Below are positions 51,501 to 61,991 of a stretch of DNA of 64,000 nucleotides, one piece after another. The notes below the pieces were generated by a model. The model was not told the origin of the DNA and ran no database searches. It saw only the letters and a list, made by a program, of their open reading frames with translations. Position 1 is the stretch's first letter. Each line of letters begins with the position of its first letter. The DNA is taken from the NCBI GenBank assembly GCA_965235115.1, contig OZ249437.1:3906001-3970000 (forward strand). The letters are read 5' to 3'. Both the position numbers and the translations under genes were made by a program. Source of the DNA: Laetmonice hystrix. Its lineage: Eukaryota.

Positions 51501-54500
51501 ACATTCCTCAGGTGTTCTAGGCGTCATACCCTCAAAGACGGCCTGTGAGATGGTGATGATTTTACCAACGCCAGCCGCGTCCATGTACACGGTAGAAATC
51601 GACGTCTTGGACGGGGAGGACGCCGTACGTCGGAACCACGGTCGTCTGCATCATGACGTCATGACAAAATAATCACGTCACGACACGCAACAACCGCGTG
51701 TTGTAAATACCACATACCAGCGGCAGGATCAGATCAAATAGTCAAAGCTAGTGTGAACTGAAGAGTCACTAAACCAGTATATGACCATTATTTTGTAAAT
51801 AAGGAAAATTACAGGTTGACGCTTTATTTTGTCATGAATACGTGTAAAGGTGAGCAGAAGTTCTGCAAGGACAGGTAAGAGACCTACTTTGACGGGTCGT
51901 AACCTCTCCTTGACCTATGACCTGGGTAAGTCCTGAATACCCCGCTCCTCATGCCAACGTAAGTCCACTTGACGTCATCAACTCCAGGAAATGAGCGAAT
52001 GCGCCAAAGTTTCTCGACTGGCTGCGAAATCAGGACATCAGCCCTGCCGAAACCAAGACAGAGAATCTTCACTGTGCAACCAATACAATGTTTGTATACC
52101 GTGAACGACTCATTGGGTTAACCCTTCATTTTCTGGTTTGATAAAACTGCTACAATGCTTGTTAAACAGTCCGCCCGTCAACAGCCCGAGTTATTTAATG
52201 TTCAAAAACATTCCAATAAGTACTGTGAGCGAGTTTTAGTGATTGCAGTGGCTCAAGGAATAACCCGGTTCTCATTTCCCATTCCACACATAGGGGGCGC
52301 TGCTAAAGCGAATGTCAGAGACCCCTATGAGCGAAATTGGAAATGCGAACCGGGCACCGAAAAGCAATCAAGTGACACCCGCTAGAGTGCTGCCCCCTCT
52401 CCGGAAAAGCAGAAATCAGTGCTTCCAAAAGCCCTCATCACAATTTGTCAGCGGAATTCGATGTACCAGTATACAGTCTATGCCTGGTATAAATCAAACG
52501 ACCACAAACAAACACAATCCGGCTGTACATTTGAAATGTGAGAAGTTTTTGATATAATACCCGAGTTTTCACGAAGACCTTGGCTCACCTAATACCCTTC
52601 TCGTATTTGCCGTTACCCGAGCACCCTGTGTCCCGCTCCACACTGTTGATCCACTTGTGGGCGTCCACAGTTTTCCTGGCCAGGTCGTCATCGTAGAAGT
52701 ACGAGTTTGGGTCGCAGTGACATTTAGGGGCGAGGAATATACTGGAGTGGAGGTAGGACACCCTGAGTCCGGGGTATTTACCCTCGTTGTACAACACCTT
52801 GAGGTACTCGAACGTTCCTGGTAAGTCCTGCCGAGCTAACTCGGAGTTGTACTCAATCAGCAAGTTGAAGTAGCTCTTTTCATACTTGCTTTTATCCATC
52901 GGCTCCTGGGCGCGACGGAAAATCTACGAGCAAGGAGAGAGAAGTTAGTTTTTGAAAAGTCTTGTTTGTTTTCATGATTATCTAAGTTATTTCTGAAAAC
53001 AAATACTTACCTTATCTGTGTCTGACAAACTGAAGGCGAATGAATATTCGGAATCATCGAGGGCGGCATAGTAGTACGTGGCTGGTATCCAGACATGCTG
53101 CGAGAAAAAATATACGAAAGATAAACGTCATTTATCACAGCTATCAAATTGACACTTACCTTCAATGGTCTTTAATCATATTGTATACCGGTAACTTGTG
53201 CACAGAACTAAACATACAGGAACTAACCTTTCCGCGACCTTTTCTAGCTTTCTCAATCTGCACATGTCCCGTTTTTCCAGCTTTCATGTCCGCTTCGATC
53301 TTGGAGAATTCAGCCGGCTCTAGTTGGGCGACCGGGATGAAGATCGGGTCGTCGACGAGCTGTGGATGAACAACTGTAGCTATAAAAACATTCTCTGAAG
53401 ATCTCTGGAGAATTCGTCTTAAAAACAGTTCAGTTGTTCTTAAGTCAAGTATCCTGATTACCTCAACTAGAACGTATCATTTAACACATATAGAACATGA
53501 TTACCTCAACTAGAACGTATCATTGAACACATATAGAACATGATTACCTCAACTAGAACGTATCATTGAACACATATAGAACATGATTACCTCAACTAGA
53601 ACGTATCATTTAACACATATAGAACATGAACCTCAACTAGAACATATTATCTAACACACATGGAACGTTCCTGCCAGCATTCCTGCCAGGTTTCTTAAAC
53701 CAGCCGATACAAATCGCACTTCCCCTCTTGATCTAAACATAAATCACAAAAGAAAAGCGGTGTTTATTTTTGACGTACATTGGTGCTTGGTTTGAGGCGG
53801 GGGTGGAAGATGGTCTCTCCCTGTTTGTTGATGAGGAACGAGTAGACCGTACCCCACTGATGGTTGCTGAGGAAGTTTTCGATCTCTTCAAGTGTTGCAT
53901 CTACTCCAACCACACCTATTGTCCTACAACAGGAAACACACGTCACCGATAAGTCAGACATATAAGGCGAGATCTTCAGGAAGGCTGTCAGCAAGCTACA
54001 CGTGGGATCGCATTATTTACATATTAATCATGTGTTTGAAGTGTAATGGTTCGGAGATCATAAACTGCTGCTATTTATATATATATGATTTATTCACTGA
54101 ATTTTACATAATCGTTATTGGGACATGGCCCTTTTCTAGTCAATTCCCAACTTTCTAAACATGTTCCATTTGCATATCAGCAGTTGAAGAGACTCTAAAC
54201 TCTAACAGTTTTCTCAAAAGCTTCACAAGTTTTTAAGTGTTCCAAGAGTGACCCATACCATGTTGAAAAATGTCCGTATTCTAACAATCGGTGAAAAGAT
54301 AACTCCTGCCTTTTATACATCAATCGGGGTTGAGGGGAGTTAGGCGTACCTACCTACCGTCTACCTGACTAATACAGGGTATAGCGTGTGTGACCATGAG
54401 TCCTAGTCGTACCTACCTACCGTCCACCTGACTAATACAGGGTATAGCGTGTGTGACCATGAGGCGTCTAGTCGTACCTACCTACCGTCTACCTGACTAA

Positions 54501-57500
54501 TACAGGGTATAGCGTGTGTGACCATGAGCCCTAGTCGTACCTACCTACCGTCCACCTGACTAATACAGGGTATAGCGTGTGTGACCATGAGTCCTAGTCG
54601 TACCTACCTACCGTCCACCTGACTAATACAGGGTATAGCGTGTGTGACCATGAGTCCTAGTCGTACCTACCTACCGTCCACCTGACTAATACAGGGTATA
54701 GCGTGTGTGACCATGAGTCCTAGTCGTACCTACCTACCGTCCACCTGACTAATACAGGGTATAGCGTGTGTGACCATGAGTCCTAGTCGTACCTACCTAC
54801 CGTCCACCTGACTAATACAGGGTATAGCGTGTGTGACCATGAGTCCTAGTCGTACCTACCTACCGTCTACCTGACTAATACAGGGTATAGCGTGTGTGAC
54901 CATGAGTCCTAGTCGTACCTACCTACCGTCCACCTGACTAATACAGGGTATAGCGTGTGTGACCACGAGTCCTAGTCGTACCTACCTACCGTCTACCTGA
55001 CTAATACAGGGTATATCGTGTGTGACCATGAGTCCTACCTGACTAATACAGGGTATAGCGTGTGTGACCATGAGCCCTAGTCGTACCTACCTACCGTCCA
55101 CCTGACTAATACAGGGTATAGCGTGTGTGACCATGAGTCCTAGTCGTACCTACCTACCGTCTACCTGACTAATACAGGGTATAGCGTGTGTGACCATGAG
55201 TCCTAGTCGTACCTACCTACCGTCTACCTGACTAATACAGGGTATAGCCTGTGTGACCATGAGTCCTAGTCGTACCTACCTACCGTCCACCTGACTAATA
55301 CAGGGTATAGCGTGTGTGACCATGAGTCCTAGTCGTACCTACCTACCGTCCACCTGACTAATACAGGGTATAGCGTGTGTGACCATGAGTCCTAGTCGTA
55401 CCTACCTACCGTCCACCTGACTAATACAGGGTATAGCGTGTGTGACCATGAGCCCTAGTCGTACCTACCTACCGTCTACCTGACTAATACAGGGTATAGC
55501 GTGTGTGACCATGAGTCCTAGTCGTACCTACCTACCATCCACCTGACTAATACAGGGTATAGCGTGTGTGACCATGGGTCCTAGTCGTACCTACCTACCG
55601 TCTACCTGACTAATACAGGGTATAGCGTGTGTGACCATGAGTCCTAGTCCCCAGGCGTCTAGGTACGGTGACGTCCACAAGCCTTCACTGTTCTTGGCGT
55701 TCCGGGCCAGGAAGTCAAAGTAGTTCATCATTTCTGAGATGAGGTTTTCTCCCGACGTCAGTTTCTTCATACTGCCCCGGTGGTCACAGGCCAACTTCCC
55801 CGGGAACAACTCCCCGTCATCCTGGGTCAGATAGCTGAAGATACGAGCCTGGAGGGGGAGGGCAATGGTGGACGGATCGTGAATCAATGGGACCTTTAGA
55901 ATATCTTGGGTCCTCATGAACGGGAAAAGCATACCACCTAGTTTCCAAGTTAGACAAACAATTCACATTCCCAGGCAAAGCCTTTTTGTCATTGGTGACA
56001 GGTGACAATATAACGATTGAAAACCCCTTCACAATTCTAAAAGTTACCAAAAGAAACCATGTTAAGAAAATAATAAGAAACACAAAGCATAAACAGGAAA
56101 GGAATTACTCGAGAGGGTGTTAGCTATAACTCCGTAACTCCAACCATCCCACCCATGCATGCTGTGATTCACGAGTTAGATGATCTCAAAATGTGGAGGG
56201 ACAAATCAATGAAGCAGTCAGTACATTCCACTTCTAGAGTTAACACCATCTCCGTAACAGATCATCATTCCAGGTTATAAAACAGAATGATCACTGATAC
56301 AAACCCTTCAGAAACCTGGCGCTCTCTATCTGAAACGGCACACGTTGATATACTATCATCTACAGACATTCCGCTATCTCTGATAACCATAAACTCAGGG
56401 TAAATAGGCACATTTAACTCCTGTCAAATACCGTACTCAACAATCTCCCTTCCTTAAGGTCTTAACTCAGCTTAAAATTTCTACCGTGCGTCCTTTAAAT
56501 CACAGTGGACGCTAGCTTCAAAAGTTAAGTCCTTTTTAAGCTTAAGATTAAAGCTTCTGATTGGACAGTTCAAGTAAACCATCCAATCAGAAACATTAAG
56601 CTTAAGCTCAAGCAGAAACTGAAGCTTTGAAAGACCGACCCCAGATCTTTCAAGCGGTGTATCCACATAAAGTCAGTCGGGATTGGGTAACGTGTCAGAG
56701 GTTGTCATTACCTTTGGTTGTAGACCTTTGTTCCTTGTGTCCGCAACATCCCATACCTTTGTCCAGTTGTATTTACAAATGGGACCAGGTACGTATCCAC
56801 TCCGTGTGTAATACCCTGTAAATGTAAGAGATGTATCAAGTATTAATTGTTCATCAGGATATTTGAAGTCTGTGAAAGTTTAACTTGGACCAGTTCCGAC
56901 TCGGATCTGAAGAGAACCTCAATGCATTATGATTCCTTCCTGGAATGAGTCAAGAAAATCCATGCAGATTTAGAATATCGGTAATCGGAAATTTTAATAA
57001 CAGGATTTGAAAGTGTCCTCCTTTCCCTGAATAACGCTTTGGAAACGATCATGATTCCCAAAAATATAATCCTAACTTCTGTTCTGAGTCTGACATACCT
57101 GGGCCACATCGCACCTGCTCGCCATCTGTATCCTTGCCATCTGTAACAAACACTATGATGGATTGACAACCCGTCCTGGCACGCCCTTCAAGTAGGTCAA
57201 ACCCAACTTCAAGTCCTCGCCTACAAACCAGAATGAACACTAATTACACAAATATACAACAACCATCGTCTGGGTGTCGGAACAGTGGAAGACCAAGGCC
57301 CGGTTCCTAAAATCTTGAGATCTTACTTAAGTTTAGGCTTAACGTTTCTGATTGGCTGGAAAGCAGACCAACTAATTAGAACCTTTAAGCCTAAACTTAA
57401 CTAAGATCATAATATTTTAGGAACCGGGCCCAGTACACCTATAAACTTTCCAAGGGTCCATGAAAGGTCGCTAGAAGGTCAAACCTTTCAGGAGTAAGGT

Positions 57501-60500
57501 CAAAGTCCTAAGGGATAAGGTCACACTGATCGGTGAACTGCCGTATACTGTAGTATAGTCCTGCTCAAGGATATATTTTAATGGAAATATTTAATTATAA
57601 ACTTGTCAAAGATAATTATTATATGTGTAAGCTATGTGATTAGACTGACGTTAATAAGAAACCTACTCCATCTCGCTGGTACCGCCTGGTTCCAACTTGT
57701 AGACTTTCTCTATAAGATCCTTGCGGTGAGCATTGGTCGCTTGTACTAAGTGGTCCTGCTGACAACTCAACACTTCTGTTTGGTAGTAGTGCCACCTACA
57801 GGATGATAAAAGTAAACTCATCAAATCCTTACGCCTGCGTTCGGTATTGGTAGAGGAAACAACCTAATCACCGCGAACTACGATAGTTAATATGGAATTG
57901 TATCATTAAATACTACGGTAAGTCCCTGCTCCAAATGCTACTTTCCGTATCCCTCTCACAAAATGTAATACCCACCACAACACGATATCATATCACAGAA
58001 CTGTTGTGAATACAAGGTTACAAAATGTAACCCCACCAGAACACGATATCATATCACAGAACTGTTGTGAATACAAGGTTACAAAATGTAACCCCACCAG
58101 AACACGATATCATATCACAGAACTGTTGTGAATACAAGGTTACAAAATGTAACCTACCAGAACACGATATCATATCACAGAACTGTTGTGAATACAAGGT
58201 TACAAAATGTAACCCCACCAGAACACGATATCATATCACAGAACTGTTGTGAATACAAGGTTACAAAATGTAACCCCACCAGAACACGATATCATATCAC
58301 AGAACTGTTGTGAATACAAGGTTACAAAATGTAACCCCACCACAACACGATATCATATCACAGAACTGTTGTGAATACAAGGTTACAAAATGTAACCCCA
58401 CCAGAACACGATATCATATCACAGAACTGTTGTGAATACAAGGTTACAAAATGTAACCCCACCACAACACGATATCATATCACAGAACTGTTGTGAATAC
58501 AAGGTTACAAAATGTAACCCCACCACAACACGATATCATATCACAGAACTGTTGTGAATACAAGGTTACAAAATGTAACCCCACCAGAACACGATATCAT
58601 ATCACAGATCTGGTGTGAATACAAGGTTACAAAATGTAACCCCACCAGAACACGATATCATATCACAGAACTGTTGTGAATACAAGGTTGTGAATGTTAA
58701 CCCAGGGCCAGGCTGACGTGCCGACAATCTGGCACATCACCACAGACGTGATGGTACTCACTTCCCAACCTCGTCCCAGTGACTGGCCCTGGCACAGATG
58801 ACGTTTACGTAATCCTGCCGGGTTAGAGTGTTGATGACAGTCTTGGCAACCGCTCGGGCGATGGTGAATTTTTCATCCTTCATCGACAGACTGAAACCAG
58901 AGTGGGTACTAATTAAATGCGCTCATTTAACTTCTGCAGGCCTCTACATGATTTCGCTTTTAAAATGGATTTGCGTGATGTCTGGTATTGAATTATCCTT
59001 TGTATTTTATACCATGCCAGATTTAAAAGGCATATACGTGACATTATTAGATGAGCACAATTTTCTTTGACGTTACCTAGCGAAGTCATTCAGCAGCCAG
59101 TATATTTATATATTAAAGTACGGTAGGATTTGTAAATTCGCGTGTGCCGTAGATCTATCCTTAGATTTTCCGTTTCGAACCGAAGGGATACTAAATCCCA
59201 TGGTATCGTCAGTAAATCCCGGATACACACCTACAGTCTACGACAATAACCACATCCTTGGGTCCACTCGTAGACGCGATGTACCATGGGCGCAGCCTGG
59301 GATCGTAATCATTATAGAACCCGGCAAAGTTGGTGTCCCATTCCCTGCCTGGATATATCCTCACCAGGCCAGCATTGGATCCAAAGTACTGCCACCTAGA
59401 AAACCACAAGGATACAGTAAATATCTCTTATATTATTTATTAAAAGGCACACATCTGGACGTGCTTTGTTTATAGAGAAAATCTGTCATTAAAAATACAT
59501 GCAGAAGACATTGGGAACTATAGCAACCACAGCAAAAAGGCTGAATGGAGGTTCGCGTACGCCAGACCGATGCAGTGATACGTAATTTGCAATAAGAGAG
59601 CTATATATGCCCTTGAAGACCTCAATCTACCTGTTACTGGTCACCTATCCTGGTGACCCCGGCACCCCCCCCCCCCACCCCACCCCACCCCCACCCCACC
59701 CCACCCCCACCACCACCGACCGACGTCCTACCTGATGAAAGGTTCCTCTATGACATTACATCGGAACACCTCCTCCAGCTGGGCCGTCCACGCCACCGTG
59801 TTAATGGTAGTCCCCCCCCCCCCCCACCACCACCACCACCACCACCCCCCCCCCCCCCACCACCACCACCACTGACCGACGTCCTACCTGATGAAAGGAT
59901 CCTCCATGACATTACGTCGGAACACCTCCTCCAGCTGGGCCGTCCACGCCACCGTGTTAATGGTAGTCCCCCCCCCCCACCACCACCACCACCGACCGAC
60001 GTCCTACCTGATGAAAGGATCCTCCATGACATTACGTCGGAACACCTCCTCCAGCTGGGCCGTCCACGCCACCGTGTTAATGGTAGTCCCCCCCCCCCCC
60101 ACCACCACCACCACCCCCCCCCCACCACCACCCCCACCACCACCGACCGACGTCCTACCTGATGAAAGGATCCTCCATGACATTACGTCGGAACACCTCC
60201 TCCAGCTGGGCCGTCCACGCCACCGTGTTAATGGTAGTCCCCCCCCCCCACCACCTCCACCACCACCCCCCACCACCCCCACCACCACCACCACCACCAC
60301 CACCACCGACCGACGTCCTACCTGATGAAAGGATCCTCCATGACATTACGTCGGAACACCTCCTCCAGCTGGGCCGTCCACGCCACCGTGTTAATGGTAG
60401 TAGGGTCGTTACGTGGCACCTCGTCTGAGATCTTCACTGTGGAATGTTTGAAACTGGTCGGCTGTTTGAAGTATCTGTGCAGTCATAACGGTCCCTATTA

Positions 60501-61827
60501 ATTACCTCTCTGGTCCCAGGCAAAGATCGCTCTGATTCCCTAGGTAGAAATACTAGTGCTGCTAGGATCTTCCCTAAAACTTATATACCACCTGATCTGG
60601 ACACTCGAATACGCCATTCCTAACGGCGTGTAGCTATACTGAAAAGAAAACCCTTATTTCTCTGCACCATCAAAGGGTCGATCAAAATATTGTGGGAACA
60701 TTTTGTAAGAGCCTTTGAAGATCACCTATTGAGCCGAATACCATTACTGAATCGAGAATTTTATGTAAATACAGAGGGACGTGTCCTTTGACTAGAGTAA
60801 GGGTCCTTCAAGTGACCTTTAAAATAAGCCAATATTTACGCATGAAGAAGAAATTAAAGAAGAAACTAAATCGCTAAAATGTAGGGTAGCCAAACTTTCA
60901 CGGTAAAGGCCATGCTGCATTAAGATTTTAAATCACACTCGAGCACACCCTTTGATTAGATCATACGAATCAGCACGGGGCCCTTTACTAAAAACATTAC
61001 GCTGTCAATCTGAATATTCATGAAGACAATCCAGTATTGAGGACGAGAAAATTGAGACAGGATTTGATGCGACAGGTTTGAGTGATGCGGCCGGGCACGG
61101 CACAGAGTACAGCAAGGCTGGTATGATGGAGAGTCCCCGGCTGTCAATTACACAGAATGGTCAGTTTGTCCTATCTGATGTCTGCAACCGAGGTAACAAT
61201 ATAACATGCTTACACATTTCATTTCCTACAAGATAATAGCCTATAGCAGTAGAGTAGCNNNNNNNNNNNNNNNNNNNNNNNNNNNNNNNNNNNNNNNNNN
61301 NNNNNNNNNNNNNNNNNNNNNNNNNNNNNNNNNNNNNNNNNNNNNNNNNNNNNNNNNNNNNNNNNNNNNNNNNNNNNNNNNNNNNNNNNNNNNNNNNNNN
61401 NNNNNNNNNNNNNNNNNNNNNNNNNNNNNNNNNNNNNNNNNNNNNNNNNNNNNNNNNNNNNNNNNNNNNNNNNNNNNNNNNNNNNNNNNNNNNNNNNNNN
61501 NNNNNNNNNNNNNNNNNNNNNNNNNNNNNNNNNNNNNNNNNNNNNNNNNNNNNNNNNNNNNNNNNNNNNNNNNNNNNNNNNNNNNNNNNNNNNNNNNNNN
61601 NNNNNNNNNNNNNNNNNNNNNNNNNNNNNNNNNNNNNNNNNNNNNNNNNNNNNNNNNNNNNNNNNNNNNGAATGCCAGTTCCTCCGGGAGTTTGCTAGGT
61701 ATGTCAGAGTCCCTGTACAGGTGGGAGCTGAGGTCCTGCAGTTTGGCGACGCCCGCTGTCCTGTTGTTGAGGGCCCAATCATCGTATATGTCAACCACTC
61801 TCTTGGCCAGCCTCTGTAACCAAACAT
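48359..61827 (-). CDS. Alpha-2/delta (CACNA2D)/CACHD1-family VWA + Cache domain protein, 5'-partial, 19 exons in window
   Basis: Spliced [11 protein letters not shown] shows WQYFGSNAGLVRIYPG...YDPRLRPWYIASTSGPKDVVIVVDCSLS (Cache into VWA MIDAS), IVFVTDG, WTSPYLDAWGLGLMVT, GVVGVD, YSFLINKQGETIFHP, WTYVGMRSGVFRTYPG, and a C-terminal hydrophobic tail. Phases join across all introns from 60474 down. Exact paralogue not assignable by eye. Confidence 0.93.
48859..49021 (-). CDS. Alpha-2/delta-like exon (GPSGMITG...LPKTNLFLLVIENW...CKIAQ)
   Basis: Acceptor gtatttag (most exon-proximal of 8 copies), donor gtaaag; TNLFLLVI matches the family. Confidence 0.9.
49017..49673 (-). repeat. 82-bp unit x 8 containing an alpha-2/delta exon acceptor
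   Basis: Minus-strand tgtttgcctgtatttag|gtccg recurs; + strand ggacc at 49018, 49100 ... 49592. Confidence 0.95.
49895..50033 (-). CDS. Alpha-2/delta-like exon (VTLEGIPKNPEE...GYRVNASAL)
   Basis: Acceptor tgatgtag, donor gtaaga. Confidence 0.87.
50292..50502 (-). CDS. Alpha-2/delta-like exon (CYLFDNKANLITDPDF...CSISPYAPK)
   Basis: Acceptor ttcctcag, donor gtgagt. Confidence 0.9.
50866..51070 (-). CDS. Alpha-2/delta-like exon (GVCYVSQ...CPDGEPDCETR)
   Basis: Acceptor ttactacag, donor gtgaca; phases fit. Confidence 0.87.
51027..51217 (-). repeat. 99-bp tandem duplication of an acceptor plus about 44 coding nt, next to a (GGGTGT)n tract
   Basis: gtagttctggttcggacctttagc...gtaacgagatatcaaagtcaacttcacatagaatgaggcgggg occurs twice; (GGGTGT)n spans about 51217-51288. 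Confidence 0.9.
51431..51645 (-). CDS. Alpha-2/delta-like exon (RPWFRRT...VYMDAAGVGKIITIS...CRCEKDKDCII)
   Basis: Acceptor atgatgcag, donor gtgagt. Confidence 0.9.
51888..52043 (-). CDS. Alpha-2/delta-like exon (ADVLISQP...WTYVGMRSGVFRTYPGHRSRRGYDPSK)
   Basis: Acceptor tttcggcag, donor gtaggt. Confidence 0.9.
52589..52923 (-). CDS. Alpha-2/delta-like exon (IFRRAQEPMDK...GKYEKGIR)
   Basis: Acceptor ttgctcgtag, donor gtgagc; matches ORF 52585..52899. Confidence 0.92.
53011..53097 (-). CDS. Alpha-2/delta-like exon (HVWIPATYYYAALDDSEYSFAFSLSDTDK)
   Basis: Acceptor ttttctcgcag, donor gtaagt, 87 nt. Confidence 0.87.
53228..53359 (-). CDS. Alpha-2/delta-like exon (LVDDPIFIPVAQLE...)
   Basis: Acceptor tccacag, donor gttagt, phase 0-0. 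Confidence 0.87.
53455..53650. repeat. Minisatellite, 43-bp unit x about 4.5
   Basis: Unit tgattacctcaactagaacgtatcatttaacacatatagaaca. Confidence 0.88.
53779..53923 (-). CDS. Alpha-2/delta-like exon (TIGVVGVDATL...YSFLINKQGETIFHPRLKPSTN)
   Basis: Acceptor ctgttgtag, donor gtacgt. Confidence 0.92.
54345..55648 (-). repeat. 63-bp unit x about 21 made of an alpha-2/delta exon 3' end plus donor
   Basis: Minus-strand unit gactcatggtcacacacgctataccctgtattagtcaggtggacggtag|gtaggtacgactag equals the end of exon 55595-55848 plus intron start. Confidence 0.96.
55595..55848 (-). CDS. Alpha-2/delta-like exon (ARIFSYL...WTSPYLDAWGLGLMVTHAIPCISQVDG)
   Basis: Acceptor cccctccag, donor gtaggt; Cache motif WTSPYLDA. 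Confidence 0.92.
56712..56815 (-). CDS. Alpha-2/delta-like exon (GYYTRSGYVPGPICKYNW...)
   Basis: Acceptor atttacag, donor gtaatg; phases fit. Confidence 0.87.
57099..57220 (-). CDS. Alpha-2/delta-like exon, VWA (GLEVGFDLL...IIVFVTDGKDTDG)
   Basis: Acceptor tttgtag, donor gtatgt. Confidence 0.92.
57297..57431. mobile_element. Small foldback/MITE (about 135 bp, about 45-bp imperfect TIRs starting GGCCCGGTTCCTAAAAT)
   Basis: Left ggcccggttcctaaaat...ttaagtttaggcttaa is the reverse complement of right ttaagcctaaacttaa...attttaggaaccgggcc. TSD unclear. Confidence 0.6.
57667..57795 (-). CDS. Alpha-2/delta-like exon, VWA (WHYYQTEVLSCQ...LEPGGTSEME)
   Basis: Acceptor cctgtag, donor gtaggt, phase 2-2. 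Confidence 0.9.
57958..58692. repeat. Minisatellite, 61-bp unit x about 12
   Basis: Unit aatacaaggttacaaaatgtaaccccaccagaacacgatatcatatcacagaactgttgtg; contains hairpin GGTTACA-aaa-TGTAACC. Confidence 0.95.
58762..58890 (-). CDS. Alpha-2/delta-like exon, VWA (SLSMKDEKFTIARAVAKTVINTL...)
   Basis: Acceptor gtttcag, donor gtgagt; completes the DCSLS MIDAS motif. Confidence 0.92.
59231..59395 (-). CDS. Alpha-2/delta-like exon (WQYFGSNAG...RLRPWY...KDVVIVVDC)
   Basis: Acceptor tttctag, donor gtgtgt; family signature. Confidence 0.95.
59717..60401 (-). repeat. Five copies of an 80-nt exon end + donor, separated by variable G/GGT tracts
   Basis: Minus-strand actaccattaacacggtggcg...ttcatcag|gtaggacgtcggtcgg; donors at 60321 (true), 60158, 60007, 59887, 59731. 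Confidence 0.93.
60322..60474 (-). CDS. Alpha-2/delta-like exon (YFKQPTSF...WTAQLEEVFRRNVMEDPFIR)
   Basis: Acceptor gcacag, donor gtagga; resembles the alpha-2/delta N-terminal region preceding WQYFGS. Confidence 0.9.
61259..61669. other. Assembly gap (411 N)
   Basis: Run of n; truncates an alpha-2/delta exon. Confidence 0.99.
61670..61827 (-). CDS. Alpha-2/delta-like exon, truncated by the assembly gap (RLAKRVVDIYDD...PSKLPEELAF)
   Basis: Open frame running into the N gap; acceptor either after 61828 or after 61814. Confidence 0.65.
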
Positions 61828-61991
61828 CTATCAATATATTACTGCCCTCCCACTCATTCATTACTACACTAGACAAACCACCTCAGTAACTAATGCTAGC
61901 AGAATGGAGCGACCGAAACATCTTCCGGCGACCTCCAGCTATGTGCATAGGCGGCAACCAACCTCATTTGACAATTTACGGCCATTCTAGC

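Noticed and set aside
53160-53170. Strong GTAAGT donor suggesting a micro-exon between exons 53228-53359 and 53011-53097
   Set aside because: The candidate would be 10 nt (frameshifting) with a poor acceptor, and read-through from the upstream exon hits TGA. The flanking exons already join in phase 0.
56450-56635. Degenerate inverted repeat (tctgattgga...tccaatcaga) similar to the 57297 MITE
   Set aside because: Probably a decayed relative, but outer TIRs are not clear enough to annotate.
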